A stretch of DNA of 64,000 bases from the NCBI GenBank assembly GCA_963708605.1, contig CAVPTG010000004.1, positions 250,900-314,899 on the forward strand, read 5' to 3'. Both the position numbers and the translations under genes were made by a program. Shown in pieces: positions 27,007 to 36,541 of the stretch. The notes below the pieces were generated by a model. It did not search any database. It worked only from the letters and a program-made list of their open reading frames with translations, and had not been told where the DNA came from. How positions within the stretch are numbered: position 1 is the first letter of the stretch; each line of letters opens with the position of its first letter. The DNA comes from Candidatus Dormiibacterota bacterium. Its GTDB lineage: Bacteria > Chloroflexota > Dormibacteria > Aeolococcales > Aeolococcaceae.

Positions 27007-28035
27007 ATGAGCGCGTTGACCTGCGCGCTCGGCCCCGATTCCGCCGGGACTGTGCTGATGCGACTGCTCCGGAGGGCGCGCCGCAGCATTGACGCCGCGG
27101 TCTACGAGGTCGGACCGTCGTATCGATGGGCCCTGGTCCGCGCCGCGGAACGCGGCCTGCGTGTGCGCCTGGTGCTCGACGCACACGTCTCCGACGGGAA
27201 CGCGGCGACGGCACGCGCGCTGATCGATGCCGGTGCCGAGTGTCGGGTCGCAGGCGCGGGAGCCGACGCCGCCCACGGCAAGTTGCTCGTCGTCGACGGG
27301 ACCGTCGCGGTCGGCAGCGGAAACCTCCTGTGGCGTGACGCGCCCAGGAATCCTCATCTGCGCCTGCCTCCTGCCGGGCCGCCGCTGGCCGGGACACGCG
27401 AGTGGTGGGTCACCGCGGCTGGGACCCGCCGGCTGCATCGATTCGCGGGCGAGGCGTTCGAATCCCACTGGACTTCGGCGACAGCGCCGCCGGCCGGTTG
27501 GGCGGTTGCGCCCGGCGTCACAGTGCCCGCCGTCGGCATTCCAATGCCTCAGGTTGCTCCGAAGCGCCTCTGTGCGCGATCGGGCCGGCTGGCCCTGGTC
27601 ATCGGCGGCGCGGCGGTCGGGGAGACGCTGGGGGATCTGGTCTCCGCCGCCCGTCGAAGGGTGCTGGTCACCGTCCCCTACGCGCATGCCCGAGCGCTGC
27701 CGGTTCGAGAGGTGCTCGATCTGATGGCCGCGGCGTCCTCGAGGAGGGTTGCCTGCGGGCTCCTGCTTGGCGCGATTCCAGACTCGAAGGACGTGGACCA
27801 GCTCGCCGCGCTGCCGTTCCAGGTTCGCCGCATGGATCCGGCACGCTCGACCTCAGGGCATGCGAAGGGGGTGGTGGCCGACGGCGCGGTGCTGGTCTCC
27901 TCGGCGAACTGGAGCGCCGCCGGCCTCGGCGGGAACTGGGAGGCCGGCCTGCGGATCGACCACGCCGGGGCCGCCGCCTACTACGCGGCCGTCTGGCGGC
28001 GCGACTGGGAGACGAGCGTCGCAATCGACGTTTGA
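27007..28035 (+). CDS. Phospholipase D superfamily protein with two HKD motifs
   Basis: HGKLLVVD..GSGN and HAKGVVAD..SSANWS..NWE. Start uncertain (26977 or 27007). Confidence 0.8.
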   Translation: MSALTCALGPDSAGTVLMRLLRRARRSIDAAVYEVGPSYRWALVRAAERGLRVRLVLDAHVSDGNAATARALIDAGAECRVAGAGADAAHGKLLVVDGTVAVGSGNLLWRDAPRNPHLRLPPAGPPLAGTREWWVTAAGTRRLHRFAGEAFESHWTSATAPPAGWAVAPGVTVPAVGIPMPQVAPKRLCARSGRLALVIGGAAVGETLGDLVSAARRRVLVTVPYAHARALPVREVLDLMAAASSRRVACGLLLGAIPDSKDVDQLAALPFQVRRMDPARSTSGHAKGVVADGAVLVSSANWSAAGLGGNWEAGLRIDHAGAAAYYAAVWRRDWETSVAIDV

Positions 28036-28064
28036 CCCCGGAAGGCCTCGTCTATTCTCATGGG

Positions 28065-30810
28065 ATGCCCGATGCCGAGCTCTCGGCTCCCGCCGAGCCC
28101 GATCCGGTCTCGTCCGGCTCCGCCACCCTGACCCTCCCGGCGGTGCCGCTTCGGGACAACGTCGTGTTCCCATCGCAGCTGGCGCCTCTGGCGGCCGGCC
28201 GGCCGCGCTCGGTCGCGGCCCTGGAGGCTGCAGTCAACGGCGACGGGCGGGTGGTCCTCGCCATCCAGCGCGACGCCGAGCGTGACGAAGCCTCGATCGA
28301 CGACGTGCATGCCATCGCGGTCATCGCCCACGTCGGCGCGTTCCGCCGGCTTCCGGGCAGCGGCGCGCATGCGCTCGTGGAAGGCAAGGAGCGCGTCCGC
28401 ATCGAGGCCTTCGACGCCTCCGGAGACGCGTGGATCGCCACCGTCACGCCGCTCCCACCCGAACCGGTCGAGGGCACCGAGGTGGACGCGTTGTTCGGAT
28501 CGGTCCGAACCCTGTTCGCCGAGTACGTCAACGCCGGCGCCCAGGTCGGCGCCGACACTGCGGTGGCGATGGCACGCGCGTCGCAGCCGGAGCTCATCGC
28601 TGACATCGCGAGCACCTGTCCGGACTTCGGATTCGACGATCGCGTCGCCCTCCTCCAGGAGACCGACACGCTGGTCCGCCTTCGCAAGCTCGTCCCACTG
28701 CTCGCCCGCGAAGTCGAGGTCGCCCAGCTGCGCAGCAAGATCCACGAAGACGTCCAGAAGACCATCAACAATTCACAGCGCGAGCACATCCTCCGCGAGC
28801 AGCTCCGCGCCATCCGCAAGGAACTCTCCGAGCTCGATGACGCCGGCGAAGACGACGAAGACCTGAGCGCCCGCGTCGAGAAGGCGGGCATGCCCGACAA
28901 CGTCAAGCAAAGGGTCCTGAAGGAAGTCCATCGCCTCGAGCAGATCCCCAGCGCCTCCCCGGAGATGGGCATGGTCAGGACCTGGGTCGACTGGCTCCTC
29001 GACCTCCCATGGATTGACCCACCCGCCGAAACCCTCGACATCGAACGCGCCGCCGCCATCCTCGACGAAGACCACTACGGCCTCACAAAGGTGAAGGACC
29101 GCGTCCTCGAATGGCTGGCGGTCCGGGACCGGATCCGTGTGAAGGCGACAGCAGAGGCCGAATCGGCAGTGGCGCAGGCGACCAAGAACGAAGCTGACGC
29201 GGCCCCCGAAACGGCCAGCCAGGTAGATGGCGCCGCGACAGCGAATGGAACGACCACCCAGGAGGCGGGTGGCGGCACGGGGGGCGGCGCCGACCTGCTG
29301 ACCGGCGCCGCGCAAGACGGTCCCAGAACGCAAGACGACGAGGAGTCAGACCGGGCAGCTGAGCGGCGAGGGGACCCCGTGCCGACAGGACCCGCCGCAC
29401 ACGCGACCGCTAGTCCGAAGCGCAGAACGCTGCAGACCCCGATCCTGTGCTTTGTCGGCCCACCAGGCGTCGGCAAGACATCGCTCGGCCGCTCAATCGC
29501 CAGAGCCCTCGACCGCAAGTTCGTGCGGATGAGCCTCGGCGGCATCCGCGATGAGGCCGAGATCCGTGGTCATCGCCGGACGTATATCGGTGCGTTGCCC
29601 GGACGGATCATCCAGTCGATGCGGACGGCGGGGACGCGGAATGCCGTGATCATGCTCGACGAGATCGACAAGGTCGGTGCTGATTTCCGCGGTGATCCGT
29701 CGGCGGCATTGCTCGAGGTGCTGGATCCTGAGCAGAACTGGGAATTCAGTGACCACTACCTCGAGGTTCCGTATGACCTTTCGCAGGTGCTGTTCATCAC
29801 CACGGCGAACATTGTCGACACGATCAGTCCGCCACTTCGCGATCGCATGGAGATCATCCGCATCACCGGGTACACCGAGCAGGAGAAGGTGCAGATCGCA
29901 GAGCGGCATCTGGTGCCGCGCCAGCTCGATCAACATTCGCTCGACGCGGGTGAGCTGCAGATTCCGCGCGAGACCATCGTCGCGATGCTGCACGGCTACA
30001 CACGCGAAGCCGGCGTCCGCCAGCTCGATCGCACCATCGCCGAGGTCGCGCGCAAGGTGCCGCGGAAGCTCGCGGCTGGGGAGACGCCTCCCGTGGTCAT
30101 CACGCCGGAGGACCTCTCGGATCTGCTCGGTCCGCGACGGCACGACTATGGCGAAGCGCACGAGCAGGACGAGATCGGTGCGGTGACAGGCGTGGTGGTC
30201 AGTGAGGTGGGCGGCGACATCGTGACCGTCGAGGCGCTCGCCATCGAGACAAAGCCCGAGCTCGTGCTGACCGGTCAGCTCGGCAGCGTGATGGAGGAAT
30301 CGGCCCGTGCAGCACTGTCGTGGGCGAAGGTCCACGCAGTCGAGTACGGTGCGCCCCGGGACTTCTTCGATACGTCATGCGATCCACGTGCACGTGCCGG
30401 CAGGCGCCATCCCCAAGGACGGACCCTCCGCGGGCGTGACCATGGCCACTGCGATGGTGTCGGTGGCGTCAGGACGGCGCGTGCGCCGCGATCTCGCGAT
30501 GACCGGTGAGGTGACCCTGCGGGGCAAGGTACTTCCCATCGGTGGCGTGAAGGACAAGCTGCTCGCAGCGCACCGTTCGGGCTTGAAGACCTTCATCCTG
30601 CCGGCGAAAAACATGCGTGACCTGTACGAGATCGAAAAGGAAATCCTCGACGCCATCGAGGTCGTCCCGGTGGACAACGTGGGCGAGGTTCTCGACCGCG
30701 CACTGGTCGAGTCGGACGCGCCACGCCGGCGTGAGCGCCACGGTGCGGGATTCGTGCTGCCGATCACGGCCTCTGACGTCCTGGGCCCGATCAACGCCAA
30801 CCCCGCCTAA
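28065..30810 (+). CDS. lon: Lon protease (LonA) with a ~95-aa insertion before Walker A and one apparent +1 frameshift at about 30375
   Basis: LON N-domain (VPLRDNVVFP), DEDHYGL, GPPGVGKT, LDEIDK, PKDGPSAG catalytic Ser and GGVKDK Lys. Length 2746 = 3n+1. The -10 TATTCT lies 6 nt before the ATG. Confidence 0.9.
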
Positions 30811-30820
30811 CCTGTCGGTC

Positions 30821-31474
30821 GTGACCGATACCCTGCGCGACCTCGTCGAGCTGGCCATCGTCGTCGACCCGACGTTTGATCAGAACTGCTATGTGCTGCG
30901 ACGGCGCGACACGTCCGACGCGCTGGTCGTCGACCCCGGGTTGCAGTATCCGCAGACACTCGACGTGCTGGAGAAGCGCGGACTGCGCTGCGATCGCATT
31001 CTGCTCACCCATGGCCATCCCGACCACGTCAGCGGCGTCCCGGCGGTGAAGGCCGCTTTCGGTTGTGAGGCCGCGATCCATCCCGATGATCGTGAACAGC
31101 TCGAGGCGGTCCGGTACCTTCCAGGTGTTCCGGACGACCTGCCCGATGTGGTATGCGAACAGGACCTCGGCGACCACGAGGTGCTCCGCTGGCAGGGCCT
31201 CGACATCGAAGTCGTGCACACCCCGGGGCACACCCGCGGCTCGGTGTGCTTCAGGATCGGCACCGACCTGCTCTCCGGTGACACGCTGTTCCATCGGGGT
31301 GTCGGTCGCTGCGACCTTCCCGGCGGATCCTGGCCCGCGCTCATGTTTTCGATCGAGAATCGCATCTATACGCTGCCTCCCGATACGGTCGTCTACCCCG
31401 GCCACGGGCAGCGCACCACTGTGGACGAGGAGATGCGCGCGAACCCCTTTGTGGTGCATCCGCGATACCGCTGA
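30821..31474 (+). CDS. MBL-fold metallo-hydrolase (glyoxalase II/YcbL-like)
   Basis: THGHPDH, TPGHTRG, SGDTLF, YPGHG. The Lon stop TAA forms part of the -10 TAACCT, 7 nt before the GTG. Confidence 0.9.
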   Translation: MTDTLRDLVELAIVVDPTFDQNCYVLRRRDTSDALVVDPGLQYPQTLDVLEKRGLRCDRILLTHGHPDHVSGVPAVKAAFGCEAAIHPDDREQLEAVRYLPGVPDDLPDVVCEQDLGDHEVLRWQGLDIEVVHTPGHTRGSVCFRIGTDLLSGDTLFHRGVGRCDLPGGSWPALMFSIENRIYTLPPDTVVYPGHGQRTTVDEEMRANPFVVHPRYR

Positions 31475-31516
31475 GCGGGGAACCCTGTGCTACGGTGACT
31501 GGGAGGGGTGTCGAGA

Positions 31517-32146
31517 ATGAGCTTCGTTATGCGTACAACACTGGTGGCCGGTGCCTGCGCCGTCGTCGCGGTTGCGACTGCCGGCTGCGGCGATCCTGCG
31601 AATATCGCGGCATCGTCAGCCGATCCCACGTCGGGACCGGCGTCGCCCTCCGCTTCCGCGGCCGCGTGCGCGAATCCGCAGCTGAGCGCGTCAACGTCGC
31701 CGGTCACGCAACTGGCACTCACGATCGGTGGGATCCCGCCTGGTGGCCCGGTCCTGCATCAGATCACCGATGGCGAGATGAACAACACGCCGAACAGCGA
31801 CCAGCGCGGATTTGCCAATACCGGCAACACGTATCGGATCGAGGACGACGTCGTCCTGGATCCGTCGGCGCTCATCGCGAGCGCGGATTATCCGCAGCTG
31901 CGCGACGCTGCGAAGAAGCAGTTCGTGTCAGTCACGAGCGTAACGTCGCTGGGCCACCTGGGCTGCCAGGCGGATGAGTTCGTCGGCAAGACGCTGACCG
32001 GATACAGCCAGGTGGGCGTGGCGTTTCAGGACGGCGATGTGATCGCGGTCGTGCTGGTGGTCAACTCCGCAGCTAAGGTGGATCCGGCATTCGCCGCGGC
32101 GGTCGCGCTCGCTCAGGATCAGAAGATCGCCGGCGCGTCCGCCTGA
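31517..32146 (+). CDS. Hypothetical lipoprotein
   Basis: Lipobox ATAGC, Ser/Pro/Ala linker, then a globular domain; GGGAGG upstream. Confidence 0.65.
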   Translation: MSFVMRTTLVAGACAVVAVATAGCGDPANIAASSADPTSGPASPSASAAACANPQLSASTSPVTQLALTIGGIPPGGPVLHQITDGEMNNTPNSDQRGFANTGNTYRIEDDVVLDPSALIASADYPQLRDAAKKQFVSVTSVTSLGHLGCQADEFVGKTLTGYSQVGVAFQDGDVIAVVLVVNSAAKVDPAFAAAVALAQDQKIAGASA

Positions 32147-32148
32147 GG

Positions 32149-32748
32149 TCAGTCGGTCCGGCCGAGGCGGCCGAGCAGCTCGTGCACGATCGCCCCGGTG
32201 ACTCCCCAGATGGTGCGCCCGGACACCTCGTAGTAGTGAACCTGACCACGCAGGCCGTTGCGCTCCATCTCGCGAACCGCATGCGGCGCCACCATGAGAT
32301 CGGCGACGTCGACATGAAACCACTCGGCGATCTCGAAATCATCGGACCTGAAGTTGATGGGTCCGCGCTGCAGACCGACGACCGGCGTCAGCCACCGTGC
32401 CGAGACCACCGTCGAGAAGGGCGTCAACACGCCGAGAACCTCGACGCTGTCCGCCCCGATCCCCAACTCCTCGCCCGCTTCGCGGAGTGCCGTTGCCACC
32501 ACGTCGGCGTCATCTGTCTCGGCCCCGCCGCCGGGAAACGCGATCTGGCCCGGGTGTTGGCGAAGCTCCTCCGAGCGGAGCACGAAGAGCAGCGGGACGC
32601 CCGGTGCCGCAGGGTCGCAGAGCAGCAGCACCGATGCGGGTCGCAGGCCGTCCGGTGCCGGCGGTACGCCCGCAGGATCGCGGACCGCCCGCCGCAGCCG
32701 ATCGACGATGTCCGTGTTCGTGTCCGGTGCGTGGGCGGCGAAGCTCAT
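32149..32748 (-). CDS. CoA pyrophosphatase (NUDIX, NudL/PCD1 family)
   Basis: LRQHPGQIAFPGG, ALREAGEELG, IWGVTG. Confidence 0.9.
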   Translation of the reverse strand: MSFAAHAPDTNTDIVDRLRRAVRDPAGVPPAPDGLRPASVLLLCDPAAPGVPLLFVLRSEELRQHPGQIAFPGGGAETDDADVVATALREAGEELGIGADSVEVLGVLTPFSTVVSARWLTPVVGLQRGPINFRSDDFEIAEWFHVDVADLMVAPHAVREMERNGLRGQVHYYEVSGRTIWGVTGAIVHELLGRLGRTD

Positions 32749-32777
32749 CGTGCTGTCCAGGCCGTAGGCTTGAATCG

Positions 32778-33068
32778 ATGAGCGTCGACGTCCCCCGCGA
32801 GAGCAAGCCCCGCCGGCGTTGCGCGAAGTGCGGCGGCGACCTGCGCTTCTCGCATCGAGAGTACGCCGGCAAGGGAATGTCGGCCGCGGTGCTTCGCTGT
32901 GCCGGGTGCGGTGACGTGATTCGTGATACCGCGCGCGAAAGCACGCAGGTGGCGCAACGCCACACCTCGAAACGTCATCGCGACCTCGATGCGGGCCCCC
33001 CGGCGAATCCCGTCCTCGACCCTGAAATCGCTGCGCGGCTGCTGAACTCCACGCGCAACTCCGGCTAA
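32778..33068 (+). CDS. Small hypothetical Zn-ribbon protein (96 aa)
   Basis: CAKC-x22-CAGC pair; the -10 TAGGCT lies 7 nt before the ATG. Confidence 0.6.
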   Translation: MSVDVPRESKPRRRCAKCGGDLRFSHREYAGKGMSAAVLRCAGCGDVIRDTARESTQVAQRHTSKRHRDLDAGPPANPVLDPEIAARLLNSTRNSG

Positions 33069-33069
33069 G

Positions 33070-33876
33070 TCATCGCCCCGCGGCGGCGGTCGCCCGCGTC
33101 GCCGGGACGAACTGCTCGAACCACTGAACGATGTCATGGCTGACGCGGTCACGATCGACGTCGACGGAAATCGCATGGCCGCTGCGTGGCAGCATCTCCA
33201 ACTGCACCGCCTCGCTGCCGACGAGACGTCGTGCAATTTCGCGAGCACAGCGGGGGTCGATGGATCGATCGCGCTCGCCGTGTACAACCAGCACCGGGGC
33301 GCGGACCTCGGCCAGCTCATTTCGCACCACAGCGCAGACGCGGCGAAGCTCATCGATGCTTCGGGTTGGACGGATGCCGTAGCTGTGCAGCTCATCGACG
33401 GCCTCGGGATTCCACAGGTCGACGTCGTCGCCGGCGCGATGCCAGCGCACCACATGCTTGAGCAGCGGCAGCAACGGTGGCAGCGGCCCGCTCAGCCAGA
33501 TCGGCGCGGCAAGCGTCGCAACCGCGCGGACGCGCAGGTCAGTCGCCGCGAGGTGCAGCGCGAGCGTGCCACCCATCGATTGACCGGCAACCACGACGTC
33601 ATCGCACTGCGAGGCCAGCTCATCGAAGGCTTCCGCAACGCAGGCCGCCCAGTCCTGCCACCTGGTCCGCTCCAGCTCCTGGGGTGTGGTGCCATGGCCG
33701 GGAAGCATCGGCGCGGAGCAGCGAAAGCCGGTGCGCGCCAGGACCTCGCCAAGGCGGCGCAGCTCGGGCGGCGTGCCGGCGAAGCCGTGGATGAGGAGCG
33801 CTCCCCGCGTTCCGTCGCCAAGCTGCCAGGGGCGGATGACCTCGGGGTCGAACGGGGCCAGGGTGCGCGCGGTCAC
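33070..33876 (-). CDS. Carboxylesterase (alpha/beta hydrolase, Est30/YvaK-like)
   Basis: LLIHGFAGT, LPGHGT, GQSMGG, HGERD, SGH. A perfect TATACT lies 7 nt before GTG 33876. Confidence 0.85.
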   Translation of the reverse strand: MTARTLAPFDPEVIRPWQLGDGTRGALLIHGFAGTPPELRRLGEVLARTGFRCSAPMLPGHGTTPQELERTRWQDWAACVAEAFDELASQCDDVVVAGQSMGGTLALHLAATDLRVRAVATLAAPIWLSGPLPPLLPLLKHVVRWHRAGDDVDLWNPEAVDELHSYGIRPTRSIDELRRVCAVVRNELAEVRAPVLVVHGERDRSIDPRCAREIARRLVGSEAVQLEMLPRSGHAISVDVDRDRVSHDIVQWFEQFVPATRATAAAGR

Positions 33877-33929
33877 GCCTCCGAGTATATGGACCGCGCT
33901 GCTCACGCTCGGTGCTACCGTCGCCCGCC

Positions 33930-34958
33930 ATGGGTGCGGAGGTGCTGCGGCAGGCACTCGAGACGGTGGTGTCGGACCGCTCTCTCGATGTCCCGACGGC
34001 GCGCGCGGTGATGGACACGATGATGCAGGGGGAGGCGTCGCCGGTCCTCGTGGGTGCGCTGGTCGCCGCGCTGCGCACCAAGGGCGAGTCGGCTGATGAG
34101 CTCACCGGGATGGTGGAATCGATGCGGGCGCACGCCACGCCGGTGACCCTTCCGGTCGACGCTGTCGACACCTGTGGCACCGGAGGCGACGGCGCTGGAA
34201 CGTTCAACATCTCGACCGCCGCCGCGCTGGTGGCCGCCGGCGCCGGATGCCCGGTCGCGAAGCACGGCAACCGCGCGGCGTCGTCGCGGTGCGGCAGCGC
34301 CGACGTGTTGGAGGCGCTCGGGGTCGTGATCTCCCTGCCCGCAGATGGCGTTCGGCGCTGCGTGGAGGAGGCGGGCGTCGGCTTCCTCCTCGCGCCAGCA
34401 TTTCATCCCGCGCTGCGTCACGTCGCCGCGGTCCGCAGCGAGCTCGGCATTCGAACCGTGTTCAACGTGCTCGGTCCGCTGGCAAACCCGGCTCGCGTCC
34501 GTCATCAGTTGCTGGGGGTTTCGAATGCGAGGCTCACACCCATGATGGCAGAGGTGCTGCATCGACTCGGACACGTCCACGCCCTCGTCTTCACCGGGCC
34601 GGACGGCGTCGACGAGCTCGGCGTCGCCGGACCCGCGCGCTGTTACGAGGTCACCGTCGAGGGCGTCCGCGATTTCGTCATCGACCCGCGCGACGTCGGC
34701 CTCGAGCCCGCGCCGCTCGATGCGGTTCGCGGCGGCGATGCGGCTACCAACGCCGCAACCATCCGATCTGTTCTCGGCGGCGAGCACGGACCGCGGCGCG
34801 ATGTCGTCCTGCTCAACGCCGCTGCGGTGCTGGTCGCTGCCGACCACGTCACCACGTTGCTCGACGGTGTCGCGGTGGCTGCCGCGTCGATCGACAGCGG
34901 GGGCGCCCGGCGCTCACTGGAGCTTCTGGCACGTGTGTCCCATGAGGCCGCAGCGTGA
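33930..34958 (+). CDS. trpD: Anthranilate phosphoribosyltransferase
   Basis: DTCGTGGDG, TFNIST, KHGNR, GSADVLEALG, RTVFNVLGPLANP, DE, LNAA. Confidence 0.92.
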   Translation: MGAEVLRQALETVVSDRSLDVPTARAVMDTMMQGEASPVLVGALVAALRTKGESADELTGMVESMRAHATPVTLPVDAVDTCGTGGDGAGTFNISTAAALVAAGAGCPVAKHGNRAASSRCGSADVLEALGVVISLPADGVRRCVEEAGVGFLLAPAFHPALRHVAAVRSELGIRTVFNVLGPLANPARVRHQLLGVSNARLTPMMAEVLHRLGHVHALVFTGPDGVDELGVAGPARCYEVTVEGVRDFVIDPRDVGLEPAPLDAVRGGDAATNAATIRSVLGGEHGPRRDVVLLNAAAVLVAADHVTTLLDGVAVAAASIDSGGARRSLELLARVSHEAAA

Positions 34959-35650
34959 GCCGGGCGTCCGCGCTGCTCAGCCTTCAGCAGCTCGACGACC
35001 GCATCGCGGCGGTCACCTCGGAGATCACCACCGTCGAGGCTTCACTCCGGGGCGATCCCGAGCTCGAGCGTCTGCGCAAGGCTGAAGCCGCGGCACAGGA
35101 GGAGCATCGTTCCCTCGGCACGACCGCGCGTGTAGCGGAGCTCGAGGCGGCGTCGCTGCAAAGTCGCATTCGCGAGCTCGACCGGCGTCTCTACGGAGGC
35201 ACGGTACGCAACCCCGCCGAGCTCATCGAGATGCAGCGCGAGCTCGAGGTGATGCGCGCCAAGCTCTCCACCGCGGAGGACGACGCACTCGAGCGCATGG
35301 AGCAGGTGGATCAGTCGCAGTCGAGCCTGCAAGGCGCTTCTGCCCTTGTGGCAGCACGTGAATCGCAGCGCGCCGGCTCGCTCGAGCCGATGCGCGCGCG
35401 CCTCGTAACCCTGACAGCGGAGCGCGACGTCCTCAACGCGGAACGCGATGCGGTGCGGACCGACACCGACCCGGGCGATCTCTCGCTGTACGCGCGCATC
35501 GCCGCGCATCGCCGTCCCGCGGTGACCGGCCTGGCGGGCGAATTCTGCGCCGGGTGCCACATGCCCGTCTCCAACGAGGAACGTCGCGCGGTGCGCACCG
35601 GAACAGGCCTCACCCAATGTGCGAACTGCGATCGGATCCTTGCACCATGA
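34955..35650 (+). CDS. Coiled-coil protein with C-terminal C4 zinc ribbon (DUF164/CT398 family)
   Basis: LQQLDDRI start, long heptad region, CAGC...CANCDRIL. Confidence 0.85.
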   Translation: MSRASALLSLQQLDDRIAAVTSEITTVEASLRGDPELERLRKAEAAAQEEHRSLGTTARVAELEAASLQSRIRELDRRLYGGTVRNPAELIEMQRELEVMRAKLSTAEDDALERMEQVDQSQSSLQGASALVAARESQRAGSLEPMRARLVTLTAERDVLNAERDAVRTDTDPGDLSLYARIAAHRRPAVTGLAGEFCAGCHMPVSNEERRAVRTGTGLTQCANCDRILAP

Positions 35651-36096
35651 CGTCCACGGTGGTCGCGTACACCGACGGCGCCTGCTCGGGAAACCCCGGT
35701 GCCGGCGCGTGGGCGTACAGGATCGAATGGCCGGACGGCAGCGTTGACGAGGCTGCCGGCGGTGAGCGTCAGACAACCAACAATCGCGAGGAGTTGAAGG
35801 CGGTGCGCGAAGCGCTTCGGCGCATTCGCGCGCGCATCGGCGACGACCCCGCGTGGCGGATCGTGGTGCGCACCGACAGCCTGGGAGTCATCAACTGGCT
35901 CACCGGGTCGTGGAAACGCAGGAAGAATCTCGACCTGTTTCCCACCATCGATCCGCTCATCGACACGCGCGTGCGATTCGAGCACGTGCGTGGCCACAGC
36001 GGCAATCCCGGGAACGAACGCGTCGACAGCCTGGCGGTGGAGGAGACGCAGCGCATCCTGGCGGGCGCCGCGGGTGGAGGCACCGCGCGATCGTGA
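35647..36096 (+). CDS. rnhA: Ribonuclease HI
   Basis: YTDGACSGNPG, TNNREEL, TDS, HVRGHSGNPGNERVD. ATGA overlap with the upstream gene. Confidence 0.92.
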   Translation: MTSTVVAYTDGACSGNPGAGAWAYRIEWPDGSVDEAAGGERQTTNNREELKAVREALRRIRARIGDDPAWRIVVRTDSLGVINWLTGSWKRRKNLDLFPTIDPLIDTRVRFEHVRGHSGNPGNERVDSLAVEETQRILAGAAGGGTARS

Positions 36097-36103
36097 AGGG
36101 AGT

Positions 36104-36477
36104 GCAAGCCGGCCGATAAGCCGGGTTCTGTCCTTGCCCGCACGGCAGACAAGGGACGGTCATCCATCTGGGACGCCGGTTACCCGGCGCCTCGAGCGGC
36201 CCACCTGAGACACGGGGAGCGAGCAGCTCCTGAGCGCCGAGGCGCTCGGCCTCTGTTTGGCCTTGCTCCGGGCGGGGTTTACCTGGCCGGCCGGTCACCC
36301 GGCCGCCGGTGGGCTCTTACCCCACCATTTCACCGTTGCCCCGGACGGGTCCGGGGCTGTGTTATTTCTGTGGCACTCTCCTTCGGGTCACCCCGACTGG
36401 GCGTTACCCAGCGCCCTGCTCTGCGGAGCCCGGACTTTCCTCGGACGCGTATGTCCGCGACCGTCTGGCCGGCTTGC
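36104..36477 (-). ncRNA. rnpB: RNase P RNA, bacterial type A
   Basis: The minus strand carries GAGGAAAGUCCGGGC, AGUGCCACAGAAA, GGUAAACCCC..GAGCAA and ACAGAACCCGGCUUA. P1 is formed by GCAAGCCGGCC...GGCCGGCUUGC. The -10 TAGACT is at 36489-36484. Confidence 0.97.
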
Positions 36478-36541
36478 CCGTCGAGTCTATCCTCTGGGGC
36501 TGCTGACGATCGAGATTCGAAGCGAGGAGATCGCGCCACTG

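Noticed and set aside
29127-29438. Intein in Lon
   Set aside because: No N-terminal Cys/Ser block, no terminal His-Asn followed by Cys/Ser/Thr, no homing-endonuclease motifs; the segment is low-complexity.
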